A stretch of 62,777 bases of DNA, filler included, from 14 parts of 14 records of this genome joined end to end with filler, not necessarily neighbours in it; one strand, 5' to 3'; counted from the whole stretch's first letter, positions 38,193 to 51,251 are shown. Made by a program: numbers and translations. The notes: a model not told the origin generated them from the sequence alone.

Positions 38193-41100
38193 CTGTCGGC
38201 GTACTCTGGAGAGTCGGTGACTCTGTCTACTGATGTTGTTAGCTTTGGTGTTGGACGCACGCTGTCTGCTTTTGCAGGGGAACACGTTTCCGTTGCTTCG
38301 ACTCGAGCGTCCGTGCAAGCTGCGGAGTCGCTGACTATTGCGTCCGGTGACTTAGATGTTTACACTTCTGGTGGCGTCGCACTTGCCGCTGCAGGAAGTG
38401 CTGAGGTCAGCGTTTCTGAGTCCGTGTCGCTAACCATGCAGTCGTTAGGTTCTTCAATTGAGCACGATGCATCGGTCGTTGTTGGTGGTGACGCGTCGCT
38501 GGACGTATCCGAACAGGTTCGCCTAATGTCTGGGTCAGATGCGTCCATGTTTGTCGATGGTGATGCGTCACTCGTCGCCAGCTCAATCACAAGCAGTGCC
38601 ATGGGTGCTGGGTCATTCACGATGGGCTCCGCAAGTGTCGATATCCTTCATGACGCCAACTTGCTCTCAGGAGATGCCACCATCAGTGCCAAAGATGTCC
38701 GCGCAGTGGCAGATTCGATCGGCATGATGGTAGCTGGGGATAGCGACGTCGTCTTCGGCAGTGATCTCAAAGTCCAGAGTGCTGGCGACCTCAGCATTTT
38801 TGCTGCTGACAAGCTCGATGTCGGAACAGGGAGTCTAGCCATCCAAGCAGAAGGGACTGCTGCCCTTGCAGCTGAGTCGATCGATATTTCGAGCCGGCGC
38901 GGGCTTTTGCTGGCTGCACAGGGAACCTCGATCGACTTGTCTCCAAGTGGTGATAACGGAATCAACACCCTCACTCTGCCTGTTCCACGGCAGTTTGACG
39001 AGTTTCAGGCAACTGTTCCACGCGTTGCGAACGTCGATGGCATCGATCTCCTGTCGGCTATATCCATCAACGGCCCGACAATAGTGTCGTTCGAAGTGTT
39101 AGACGAGGAGGCGGGCGAGTGGCGGCAGCTGTGGGGTTCCCAGATTTCGGAGGAGAATTTCGAGCTGGTCAAGGTATCCTTCCCTGTTGACCCACCGCTC
39201 AGTGTTACGCGAATCCGGCTGAAGTCGTCGATCGATCGCAACCCGACGTTCAGCTGCCCTGGGTCTTTCATCACTGTTGCGTTGCGCACTTCGTCAAAGG
39301 GAACTGTCAAGATTGCGTCTGAGTCTGAAATTTATGCCACTGCCGCGGAGGTTTTCAGTGTCACGTCACCCGAAATTCTCCTGACTGCTCGAGACAGCAT
39401 GGAGTTCTCGGCCCCGGATATCAACGTTTTGAATGACCATACGTCTGTGCATGCTACAGGCGAGCTGAGCGCACTGACGGGAACAGCATCTCTCAGTGCA
39501 ACAGACGATCTCATTGTTTCTACGACAGGCCTGATGGAAATCTCGTCAGCAGACTTCATTTTGGATGTTGTCGACGATGCGTACCTGTCTTCGGCTGGAG
39601 TTGTGTCAGTGGAGTCGCAGAATGCCTCGTTTGTCGCGAATGAGGATGCCTTCATTGGGGCCCAGAGAGTGTCGGTTGTTGCCGATGACACCGCAGATGT
39701 CTTCGCACAAAACCAGATGAGTGTGGCGTCGAATACACTCGATGTAAGCGTGGATGACTCAGTCAACATCAACTCTGGAGGCAAACTCGATGTGCTCGCA
39801 GAGGAAATCGAGATTTCAACAACAGATACGTACTTGTCGACGGGAGATATGACAATACGAAGCAGTGGCCAGCTTGACATGCATGTGACTGATTTGATCG
39901 AGGTTGTCACTGTTGGAGTAGAGGTGGACGCCTCTTCTCTCGATTTGACAGTGCAGCAGGAGATCGACATTACGTCAGGGACAGGTATTCATCTCGCAAC
40001 CAAGGATTCAATCACCGCGATTAGTCAGAACGTGGAGATTATGGCCACGAAACTTGAGGTGATCACATTGGAGCAAATTAAGCTGGCGTGTGCAGACTTC
40101 GTGATTGACTCCGCCGACGAGAGCATCAATGTTGTTATGAAGGAGGAGATGCAGATTGGTGTCGATCACATGTGGGTGAACTCCGACGGCACTATGTACA
40201 CACGCGCTGGGAGGGATTTCGACCTGGTGGTTAATCACGACGCACTTGTCAGTGTCGGTGGCGACCTTCAGGTGTTCGCGACGGATAGCATTGACCTACT
40301 CTCATCAAATTTGACTACAGCTGTTGGCAACATGGAACTGCAGAGTAATACGGCGATGGTCGGTGGGTCAGAGCGAGTCAAGCTTGCTACCACTGGTGCA
40401 GCTATCACAATGCAGAATCTTGGAAACGCAGATTTTGTGACGTTGAATTTCCAGATGATGGACAAGTTCAATGAGTTCGAGAACCTACTGCCGACGGTGC
40501 AAGATGTATCTGAGTTGATGATCTTGGACCCACTGTCATCCGTACCTACTGCGAAGGCGCTGGCGCGCATCACCCTTGAGTTGCTGGGTGACCAAGGATG
40601 GGAAACAATTTGGCAGCGGGTTCCATCAGCTGGGGACACCTCGATGGCTGGGTTCACCCATGAAATCGCTCCGATTTCGGTCTCTGGCATTCGGATGAAT
40701 TCCGACCCATGGCTGCAGATGAGCTTCGTGGGTTGGACTGGCGTGATATTCCAGCTGAAGTCTGAGCGCTACGGCGCCATTCAAATTGACGCAGGCTCCT
40801 CGTTTGATGCGATATCTGGAGAAGACATGCAGTTCACCGCTCCGGACGTGCGCGTGACAGCTGCAGACAGCCTGAACGTCTGGGCCGGGGAGAAGGCGAG
40901 CATCCATGTCAACGATCTGGCGATTGGTGCGATGGGAGAGATATCACAAGTGGCCGGGCGTGTTGCAGTGGAGACGACAGATGGGCTCACTGTCCAGACT
41001 GGAAACGAGCTAGATTTGTCCGCAGGGTCGTTGCGCCTACAGTCTGTAGGCACCGCCGACATCACTGCGGCTGAGGCTGTTTCGGTTGCTGGCAGCGACA

Positions 41101-41912
41101 TGCAAGTCTCGCTGGCAGATAATCTTGCCGTCCATGCTGAATCTCTTGTTGCGAAATCTGGCAGGAATCTCGAAGTCTTTAGTGAGGACCATGCATCGTT
41201 AACATCAGCTGAGGTAATCTTGAGCGTCGGCGACAAAGTGGACACTGTTGCCCGAGCAGTCGATGTCACGGCAGGCGAAATTAAGGTGGTCGGTGACACG
41301 TTTGACGTGCACGCAATGAGTGACCTAACAGTCTCGAGTCAGGATATGACTGTGGCAGCTCAGGGCGATATCACGTTAAGCGGAGCTGAAAGTGTTGACG
41401 CGAGCATAGAGACATTGAATCTCGAGGCTCGTGGATCCCTCTGGACATCCGCGGAAGATGCAGCGGCCCTGATCACAGAAACAGCCATTGTCGAAGCTGG
41501 CGAGCATGTGGTTGGAACTGCCGGTGGCACGGTCCAAGCTACTGCCTCGGAATTCGTGATCGAGGCCGCCTCTAGCATGGATGTAACGTCTGGCGATGTC
41601 AGCATGGCCGTGGTGGAAGACATTGCTGCGGAAGTCGGCGGGGCGATGAAAGTCTCCGCTGCAGAAGGGTCAATTGAACTTCGGCAATCATCGGACACTA
41701 TGATAGGGGGGGACTTGATGGTCACGACAGGCGGGCGAACATCTGTTTCCGGCCGAGCCGCCAACGCAGCATTCATTGACGGTGTTGCAGTAACAGGTCG
41801 TTCGATTGAGCTACACAGTGCAGAACGCATCGGCGCGACTGCACGCGAACTCAACGTGAACGCTCTAGAGGCTATGACTGTCGGCAGCACAGGTGCGGTG
41901 GTTGAGCTGAGC
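38193..41912 (+). CDS. Fragment (>1240 aa, open at both ends) of a giant acidic beta-helix repeat protein with periodic globular inserts
   Basis: No stop and no intron across the whole 3.7-kb contig. Rich in S/A/D/V/T/G with 7-8-residue alternating hydrophobic repeats. Super-repeat anchors at 38898, 40371 and 41868. Confidence 0.88.
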
Positions 41913-42012
41913 NNNNNNNNNNNNNNNNNNNNNNNNNNNNNNNNNNNNNNNNNNNNTTAATTAATTAANNNNNNNNNNNNNNNNNNNNNNNNNNNNNNNN
42001 NNNNNNNNNNNN

Positions 42013-45000
42013 ACTGTCGCCAGATCGACGTGTTTGACACGATCGCACGGCCGTGCGTCGACGATATTTTCTTCGGTTTCAACGGCACTATCTTCGCGTA
42101 CGGCCAGACTGGCAGTGGTAAGTCGTGGTCCATGATGGGTGGCGACAAGCACGACGCCGAGCTGAAAGGCATCATCCCGCGCTCTGCCGAGCTGATTTTT
42201 GAGAAGGCGTTTGCCGACCAGACCGGCACCACGTACCAGGTCGCCTGCTCATATCTCGAAGTGTACAAAGAGATCATTGGCGACCTGCTGGACCCGAGCA
42301 AGAAAAATCTGCAAGTGCGCGAGAAGCCGGGCATGGGCATGTACGTCGAAGGTCTTTCGCAGCGTGGGGTCTCGAACATGGACGAGGTGATGGAGGTGCT
42401 CGCACGTGGCGACGCGACGCGCGCTGTGGCCTCGACTAACATGAACCAGAACAGCTCGCGCTCCCACTCAGTCTTTGTCATGCATCTTCTAGCGAAAACA
42501 CCAGAGGGAGGAACCAAAGCTGGCAAGCTGAACCTGGTGGACTTGGCAGGCTCAGAAAAGATCAGCAAGACTGGAGCGAGCGGTGAAACGCTGGAGGAGG
42601 CCAAGAAGATCAATCAATCGCTCTCAGCTCTCGGCATGGTCATCAAAGCAATAGCGGACGGGAAGACGCATGTTCCGTACCGCGATTCCAAACTCACGAG
42701 GATATTGCAAGAGGCGCTAGGCGGCAACAGCAAGACCAGCCTGTTGGTGGCAGCAAGCCCACATTTGGATAACATCGAAGAAACTATTTCAACGCTGCGC
42801 TTTGCTGAACGAGCCAAAAAAATTAAGAACGTCGTGACGGCCAACGAGGAGAAGAGTGTCGCGGAGCTCAACGCAATCATCAATGCGCTGAAGAAGGAGA
42901 ACGAAGGCCTGAAGGAGTATGCCATGGGGCTCGAGAACGCCTTGCGTGAAGCTGGAATTGATCCCAGTACTGTTGCACCGGTCGACATGGAGGATTTTAG
43001 GGGCACTGGTGGTGGTGATGGTGATGGTGGTGGTGGCGGTGGTGGTGGTGGTGCTGAGTCGCCACTCGTGCGAGTTCCATCCAGCTCTGGTGGTGGAATG
43101 TCTCCCGAGGCTGTCGCACAGATTGACAGACTCAACGAAATGTTACGTATTGCGAATGAGGAAAAAGAGCAGGCTTGGAAAGACAAAACCGCTGCTGAGG
43201 CGACCATCGATGCAACGTACGCGGAGGGGCGCGAGCTTATCCAGAAAGCTCAGCAGGAGAAGCTGGTTCTTGAGAAGCAAAGGCACCAAGAACGCGAGAT
43301 TGTCAAACAGGCAATGGACCAACTCAAACACCTGCAGGGTCAGGTCGGTGAGAAAGACGCTGTGATTCAAAAGGCTCTGGATAAGATGAAGGAGCTCAAT
43401 GGCCAGTGTGCCACGGCGACTCAGGCGCACCAAGCAGCTGAGGCAGCCTCGCGGCAGCTAAGAGAGGAAAAGGACACTATGGCGTCAAAGGTACGGGAGC
43501 TACAAAATCAGCTCGCCAAGGCCGGAGCATCACTGGCTGTGATCGCTGAGTCAGCTGGTGCCGACGGCGGAAGCGGCGCGCAGGCTGCAGCAACGGCAGC
43601 GCTGCAACAGTTGCAGGCGGCAGCAGCAGCTGAGGTGCCGGCCCCAGCACCGCCTCCGCAGCAGGTAATAGCAACAATCCCGGACGATGTAGAGCCAGGT
43701 AGTACATTCGAGGTTACACTGCCATCCGGTGAGGCAGCCGTCGCAGTTGTTCCAGAGGGTGCAATGGCCGGCGAGGCCAGAGAAGTTACAGCAACGATCC
43801 CGGCTGCTGCACCAGTAGTTGGGGTGCCACCGGTCGCGGCTGCCGGCGGCGGCGGTGGAGGGCAAGAGGGCGCGCTTGCTGCAATGATATCGAGAGTCGA
43901 CGCGCAGGAAGCTGAGCTCAAGAGTGCGACGCAAGCCTTAGACGTACAGCGAGCTAAGGCACAAGAGCTGCAAGCACACCTTGATGCTACTCGAGCACAG
44001 CAGAGCAAGCTAGAGAGAGCAAGTGAGGAGAAGATGCAGAAGATGGTCGAGCAAATGACTCGTATGCACGCGGATACTGAGGAAGTGAGCAAACGAATGG
44101 AAGAGAAGGACGCTGCGATCAAGGAGGCAGAGGCGAAGATCGTGGACGAGAGGGCGTTGCATGAAGAGGTCACCAGTCAGCAGCAGAAGGTGATCGAGGA
44201 CCTTCAGCTGGCGATGCAGGCGAAGGATGAGAAGCAAGGCGCACAGAGCAACATCATCAAAACACTGGAGAGCAACGCAGCAGTAGCATCCATGCGGAAT
44301 TCACTTGGGGCCGTACCAGCACAGGAACCGCCACCCATCGGTGGTGGTCAAGACCATGGCGGTGATCGAGGTCCAGAGACACCAAGCACTGAGACATCAC
44401 GTGACACTGAGACGGCTTCTGAGATGCGTACAAAGGGAGAATTCAGAGACTTCGATACGGTGACCAAGAAAGAGAAAAAGTCCTCCGGCTGGTTAGGTGG
44501 GTGGATGTCCGCGTCCAAGGCGGAGGGCGGGGCAGAGCAAAGCCGTACCTTAAAAGACATAGTAAGAGACACCGCCGCGACGGCCAAAGGGTATTTTGGT
44601 ATGGCCGAGGAGGAAGAGGAGGAGCAGCGGCCACAGCCAATGATGCCACTGCCGCACTCGGTGACGTGCGTGATAACTGAGAATGGGGTAACACAGCCTG
44701 CCAAGAGGTTCGATGGCGCTAAGACCAAAATGCATTTGCCCCCCTACAATACGGAGATAGAGACCGAGTGCACGACGATGCTAGACTACTTGGACCGGAT
44801 GCACTCGAATCTGCAATGCCTGTCTTCCAGCTACGAGGCGTACCTGGAGGCTGTACGCCAGCTAGATCAAGCTGCAGAGGGTCTGGCCGAGCCGCTCTGG
44901 GCATTCGCGGGCGTGCATCCACCTGCCAAAGTATTGTTCACCATTATAGCACAGACGACGTCCGCGCAGAAGGAACAGCTCGAAATGGCGCAGGGTGTGC

Positions 45001-46643
45001 TTGAGTCAACTGTACAGAGCTTCTGGACTTCGACCGATGCACAGGAGGTAAAGGAAGGGACGCTGAAGAATATGGTTACGGGGGCGTCAAATGATTACAA
45101 CGTGGCAATGGCGAAAGCGTTGGCGAACACACGCCCCGAAAAGTACGAAACCGCGCTACAAGGTGCAAACGGAGCAAAATGTGCCGCTGCGAAGCACAAC
45201 GTCAGTCGCTGGAACTACATCTCAACTCTGGAACGGCTGGCACACGAGCGTGAGTTGGAAACAAATCGGTTGTTTTCACGCTTCCTGGACGCGCAGTGTG
45301 AAATTGCTGACCTGAACAGAATACAGCACGAGAAGATGGTTCCAGAGATTAAGAAGGCACAGGAGCAGATCAAACACGACACCGCGATGATGAAACGTAT
45401 GTCCAAAGCGCAGCAACAATACCAGTTAAGGCTGTCGCTTAAGATCGACCGGACGCAGCTGGATAGTGAAGCAGAGCAGCTTCCTGGTGTGGAGTTCACA
45501 GCTCACACTGCTGAAGGCTTGGTCTTCATGAAGCCGAACGTGTTGAGTGGCGGCGCGAAGAAGATGAAGATTCCGTGCGTTATCACAGTCCACAAGGCCA
45601 AGCTGCATCCGTGTCTTTCGCTCATCCTTGATCTGCTTGCAAACAACTTGTGTCGTTTTCAGTGTTGCTAACAGTGCCCACTCCCCCTCTGATACCCCAC
45701 CGCGGATGTCTTCCAAAATTGCAGGTGGCTACCAGCCTGGGTATCAATCAATTTTTCTAGTGGGGATCTGCACTACAACGCACGGTGGCAAGGACCGGTT
45801 GCTGGCATGGATCAAGCCCTTCATAAAGACTTGGACCTCGAGGGCCGTATTCATGTCAGGAGCTCAACAGTCAATGGACTGGTGCGTGCAAATCTGGCGC
45901 CATTGTTCGAACAAGGCATTTCTGTGAAAGCGTGGGCCAAACGGCGACCACAGGGGATCGTTTGCTTCAATTGTCATGCGGCTTTTGCTGATTAAGCGTT
46001 GTGGGCACAGGATGCGGACAACCCGAACAGAACCAGCCTGAGGCGGTTGTTCCTCTTTGAGGTAGAGCAGATGGCGGATCCAGACGGTGGGATTAGTGTT
46101 GCTCCAGTGGTTCGTCTTTTCCAGGCGCTTTCACCAGCAGATATGGATCAGTGGAAGGTACGCGCCAGTGTGAAATATGTGGTCATCAACTGCAGCATGT
46201 TTTGACTGCGGAGAGTCTCACGTGAACTCGTGCTGGTCAAATTTGTGTACACATCGCAGCAAGCGTTTGAACAAGCAATGCAGGGTGAAGTGGCTTCTCC
46301 CTCGACCGGTGGAGATCCGTCCATCTCAGGGCCTATCCACCTGCAACCGGTACGTGCTAGACTTGATTGTTCTGACGCACACTCTACGCTGCACATCAAC
46401 AGCCACGCGTCTCTCTCGCCTATTCTTGTTCAGCGTGACCGAGGCTGCAGGTCACTTGCGGGTCGAGGCGCAGTTGCCACTTGCTCACCGATGGGTGTGC
46501 TTGTGCAGCGCGCGCTTGACATGAACACCGGCGATGCGCGGGAGCGAGTTGCACTCCCAGTGGGTCTTTCTGGAACACTGCCAACAGCGCCAGAGCCAGA
46601 GCCAGATGGATACTATGGCGGTGCGAGTCCTGGCGGTTTGTAG
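42013..46643 (+). CDS. Partial kinesin (kinesin-1-like motor) with coiled coil, BAR domain and PH domain
   Basis: AYGQTGSGKS, NQNSSRSH, LVDLAGSEK, HVPYRDSKLTRILQ. Long coiled coil, helical BAR-like region about 44750-45445. Spliced PH: EGLVFMK..|WLPAWVSI..GDLHY..EGRIHV..|LFLFEV..LFQA.S..DMDQWK|QAFEQAM (introns 45575-45724, 45882-46010, 46158-46259). Confidence 0.9.
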
Positions 46644-46711
46644 CCGTTGGTATCGGTGGAGGAATGTTTTGGAATTTATGATTCATTTCATTTTTTCGAT
46701 GTCTGTATCCA

Positions 46712-47760
46712 CTATAGCTCTGATTTCTGAGTCTCCTTCGGCGGAGGAGCAAATCCATTCCCATGCGGTGAATGATTCGGCGTATCGTACGCAGCGTTTG
46801 CACCATTGGAGAACCCGCGCCGACGTGAAGGGTCGGACACATATTCCCAAATGCCGTGTTTGTGACCGATCGCACCGACAACTATACGCGCCCACAAAAT
46901 CCAAGACACACCACGTGTCAGTTCGGTCGCGCTCTACATTGATGTGAGAGGATCCACAGAGTATAGTGCCGTGCTTACACTGCTGCAGCGTCGGGAACAC
47001 CGCAAGGCAGGCTGGGTCCACGCGAAGATTGTGGTCTAGGATATCGAAGACCATCACATCCGCGAAAGAGAACGCTGAGCCACCGAAGTACTGCCCTCCC
47101 GCTCTCTGGAGTAGCTTTTCAAAGTACCCCAGCCACTTGGGCAAATACTCGTCGACGTACTTGGTGCGCACAGACTCGTCTGTGATGCTAGCTGCGTCAT
47201 AGGCAAAATCACCGTATGCAGAGCGCATATCCCCGACACCGCCGACGGCTACATCAATGCTGCACAGTAGCTCGCGTGAATTAGGCGCTGGCTAGGCATA
47301 CAGCAGACGCGTGGCGTTAGAGGGCTCACAGGACTTCTTCCTCTTCCGATGTGCCATAAAAGCTGTGCTTCTTTGCCAGAAAGCGAAGGATCGCATGGCT
47401 CTGCGCCATTTCGAACGTCTTGCCAGACTCCTGGTCCTTATACGTCAAGCTCGGCACCTGGCCGAAGGGGAGCAGCCCGCTGTCAATGCCTTCCTGCTTG
47501 GCCACATCCCAGTCTATTACCCCTTGAGGGCATTCCTTCGCCCCGAGCGAGTTGGTTGGGCAACGCTGATACTTGACTTCTTCATAATCCAGCCCGAGAG
47601 CGGCCAGCGTCAGTCGGATCGGCTCGGCCAGACCACGAATGTCAAAATACCGCAGTGTGATCGATGGCTGGGGCCCGTGGCCGCCCCCAGAAAAGAGCTG
47701 GGCGGACGCACTGCTGACCACAGCAACTACGAGCAGCAATGCGATGCGCATGCGCAGCAT
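46712..47760 (-). CDS. Glutathione S-transferase (sigma/pi-like) with signal peptide and C-terminal KSEL
   Basis: LRYFDIRGLAEPIRL, LPFGQVP.L, AQSHAILRFLA, SFADV..FD.LD. Two GT-AG introns; the last exon ends ETQKSEL-TAG. Confidence 0.9.
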
Positions 47761-48107
47761 GACTGCGTAAGATGCTGTACGTAGCTAGGGAGAGGAACGT
47801 ACGCGCGTGGTTCAGTCACAGCTATCTACTGCTGTACAGCCGTAGCGAGGGATCGGCTACCCGGGGGCGGATCGGAGCGCGCGCGCCGGGCCTGCGAGCC
47901 TGCCTGCGCCCGTGCGGGCCGGGGAGGGATCCAGACACGCCGGGCGATCACAATGTGATTCCTGGGTTGGTCAGGAACCTGGGCAGGGGCGAAAAAATGC
48001 AATCTGGNNNNNNNNNNNNNNNNNNNNNNNNNNNNNNNNNNNNNNNNNNNNTTAATTAATTAANNNNNNNNNNNNNNNNNNNNNNNNNNNNNNNNNNNNN
48101 NNNNNNN

Positions 48108-49031
48108 AGTCGAAAGGGACAGCGCAGCGCCCGCGGCTTATCAAAGGTGGAAATACCAAGTCATTCAAACCATCCCACTCGCCACCAGACATGCGTGTAG
48201 TCATCGGTTCACGTGGCGAGAAATTCGGGCGCACGTACGGGACGCACGACGTGGTCATGGTGCCAGAACTTTTCTGTGACGTGGGCGACTCGTCTGTCTA
48301 CGAAAACCTACTGAAAGAGATTAAAGCGGCTGGAAAGGATTCCCTGTGGGCCAGTTGGCATGGAGATAGCCACTTGATCGCCGACGACAAGAGGATGGGG
48401 GGAAAGTGGAAGGATATGAGCCCGACGTTCTTGACCGGTGCGCGCCTCTGGAACAGTTCGTTTTGTTAACGTGTACTTTGCGCTACGCGTGACTGACATT
48501 GTGGATACCGCGTGCGTTTCGATGGTACATCGTTCATACAGTGGTGGACAAGATACGTACCTATTTCGATATGGATATTCAGGCCACGCGCTTCAATTGG
48601 TACAGAGACAGCAGTGACTGGAAGCCGTACCATCATGACGCAGCGGCAATGAAAGCACACATGGCGACCAAGCAGAACATCACGATTGCAGCATCATTCG
48701 GCGCCGAGCGCGATGTATCCTTCATGGTCAGTTTGGCCCCTTTCTCTTGCTTGCTCTACGCCTGATACTCGCCAGCCTGTTCCACACGACAACTCACTTG
48801 CTATGCCATGGTTCGCAGCACGCGAAAACCAAGGTGACAACCGATATGCCACAACCCAACGGCTGTGCATATGCTTTCGGCCGCGACTTGAATCTGGACT
48901 GGCAGCACGGAATCTTGCAGCTGCCGCCTGAAAAGCAGACGAAGGACGGGGCCCGAATCTCCATCATTGCTTGGGGTTGGGTTGATCAAATGAACGACGA
49001 CGGAGTCTTGCTCAAGAAAGGGATGTATTGA
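48108..49031 (+). CDS. Partial AlkB-like 2OG-Fe(II) oxygenase
   Basis: TKSFKPSHSPPDMRV, TRFNWYRDSSDWKPYHHD, ASFGAERDV.F, WQHGI, RISII.WG across three exons. Confidence 0.82.
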
Positions 49032-49111
49032 CGGCTCCTTGCGCCGCGGAAGGCACGTGTATAGACGACATGAGCCATATGTGACTATCCGTCCGAGCTG
49101 AGATGCCTTGG

Positions 49112-51251
49112 CTAATAGATGCCAACCTTCTTTTTCATCGAGGTTTGTTTCCACTTCTTGCACTCGGCGAACTGAGCGCGTGACATGCCCATTGCAGAGC
49201 GGAACTCCGCATCCGACAAGTAATCCTGACCCATGCATCGCAACGCACACGGCAGTTTAGCTCAACTGACCAGCCAACGCGCTGGCTACATCCTCGCTAC
49301 ATGAAACATCGGGGCGCGGACCTCTTTTCGTGTCGGATCGACTCCCTCCACCATTCCGGCCCGGAGCTCTTCCAGTGTGTGCGAGCCCGCCTCTCCGGAA
49401 GACCCGCCTTCCTCAGGTGGTAGCCGCGTCAACCCGAGGTCCGCCTGCGTTTGTTCTCGTGGAGTCGGTGTCAGGCCGGACGCGGCAGCCAGGATTAGGT
49501 CCTCTTCTTCCGAACCGCTGCTACTACTATCATCGTCACCGTCGTCCTCTTCGCACGCCAGCTGGATCGGCGTTCGTCTGGCAGTGGTTGCCAATCCAGC
49601 TGGCAAGGGCGCCGATGAAGCTGGCATGGGCGAGGGACGGTCAGGGACTATGCCCAGGCTGGAAGACCCAGGACGGGAAGGTGGTGTCGGTCGCGTCATT
49701 TCTTCTGGCACGTCAAAGTCGAATAGCAGCGCAGCGCCACCCGGCGACATGGTAATCGCCTCGACCACCGCATGCTTATCATCTGTCTGGATGCCGTTAA
49801 TCGCCACTATTTTCCAACCTGGTTTCACACCCGCCGCCTCGCCTGGACCGTTCTCAATAGTGAAACGTGCCACCACAGCGGACTCGTTTACCTCTAGTCC
49901 GAGACCAGAGCTGCCACGAGTGAGCGATAGCTGCTGTCTGGTGTGCCCAGGTCTAGGTGCTGGTCTAGGCACACCTTCATCCACAGCAGCTTCGACAACT
50001 TTCAGGTCCAAGGGCGCAACTGGTTCATCTGGTGTAGGAGTAGCAGGCTGTTCCGGTTTATCCTCAGGTTCCTCCTTTTTATCCTCATCGTCAAGTTTCT
50101 GCAGCACTACAACGCCAGCGCCCGTCTCCACACTGACCCAACCTTTGTCAAAGCGTACTCGGCTCACACCCGTGTCCTCGTTGGTTCGCACCTCGTACAC
50201 ATCAATCACCATGCCAGCGTCCAACGCCCCGACTTTGCTTGCGTCCATCTCAAAGTCTGCTCTGACCTGGCTCTTCTTCACGCATTTATATCTCGCTACC
50301 ACTATTTCCGCTTCAGCTGGCCTCGGCTCTGGCTCTGCCTCTGATCCCTCCTTTCGAGGGGTCTCTACGCCGGCACACACTGAGCAGATTCGCTCAGTCA
50401 GCACCTTAGTCTCCGTGACCTTTCCCATTAGATCAGAACTGCTGCCTGTAACTGTGCGCTCGCGCTTGTAAGCAGAGCATGCCTTGCACACATTGCAGCC
50501 ACACGCTCGGCAGTGATGCCTTCGCAACTTGTAGGAAAATCGTCGTTCGCATACATGGCACGTCTCTGCATTTGGTGTCCACACTGCTGCCGCGACTTCG
50601 GCAGCCCATTCCTCGTCGCCCTCGGCGTCGCCACGACGTTCTGCAATCGCCTCGTTAATCAGGTCAAGCCACTCTGTCTTTTCTTGCACCGCTTCCACCG
50701 GATCGCCTTCACACACGATTTCGAACGATTTTGCCGAGCTGTTCAGGAAAAATGCGTTGGTCGGGTTCAGACCGTGCGAAGTTAGCATCTTAGCCTGCGT
50801 TGCAATCTGTGCTGGAGTGATGTCAGTGACACTCGTCGCAGCGTTCTTGAGCTCAATCCACTGGTGCAGCTTGTAGGTATTCGATCCAGTTGCAGTCTCT
50901 GTCGTAGTGAGAATGATGTCTGAGAACAGCATCAGATGGTACTTCCTGACATCCTTGCGCGTCACCTTGAATATGTCTCCTGTTCAAATGCGAGGTACAC
51001 TCAGACTACTCCGATCCTACTGATCAAACGCACCACAGGCCTAGTATTCGATGGGAACACGCTGAGACGGAAAGCCAGGGTCGGGTCAGACTAGCAGGTT
51101 ATATGGTGAGATCTGGGGCTTCGCACCACGCTTCAGAAGCCAGCGGTCTAGATCCATCAAGGTGCGACCATCGAGATTCTTCATGGATTCCTGAATTTCG
51201 AACAGCTCCTCCAACTGCTCGTTCTCACGAATAGCTTCGTTGACTGTGTTT
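49112..51251 (-). CDS. Partial FGD/frabin-like RhoGEF: DH end-PH-FYVE-SH3-like-PDZ-villin headpiece
   Basis: VNEAIRENEQLEELFEIQ (DH-PH linker, 51129-51251); YHLMLFSDIIL...EWLDLINEAI (PH); W.P...C..C...RRHHCRACG (FYVE); KGWVS (SH3b-like); GLGL...KIVAING (PDZ); GVDPTRKE|DYLSDAEF..MGMSR..F...KKWKQ...KKKVGIY (HP; intron 49226-49321). Confidence 0.88.

Noticed and set aside
49377-50471. Long antisense ORFs (also 18617-19531, 39332-39970, 43508-44173 and others)
   Set aside because: Shadow frames of real genes in GC-rich DNA, with no motifs.
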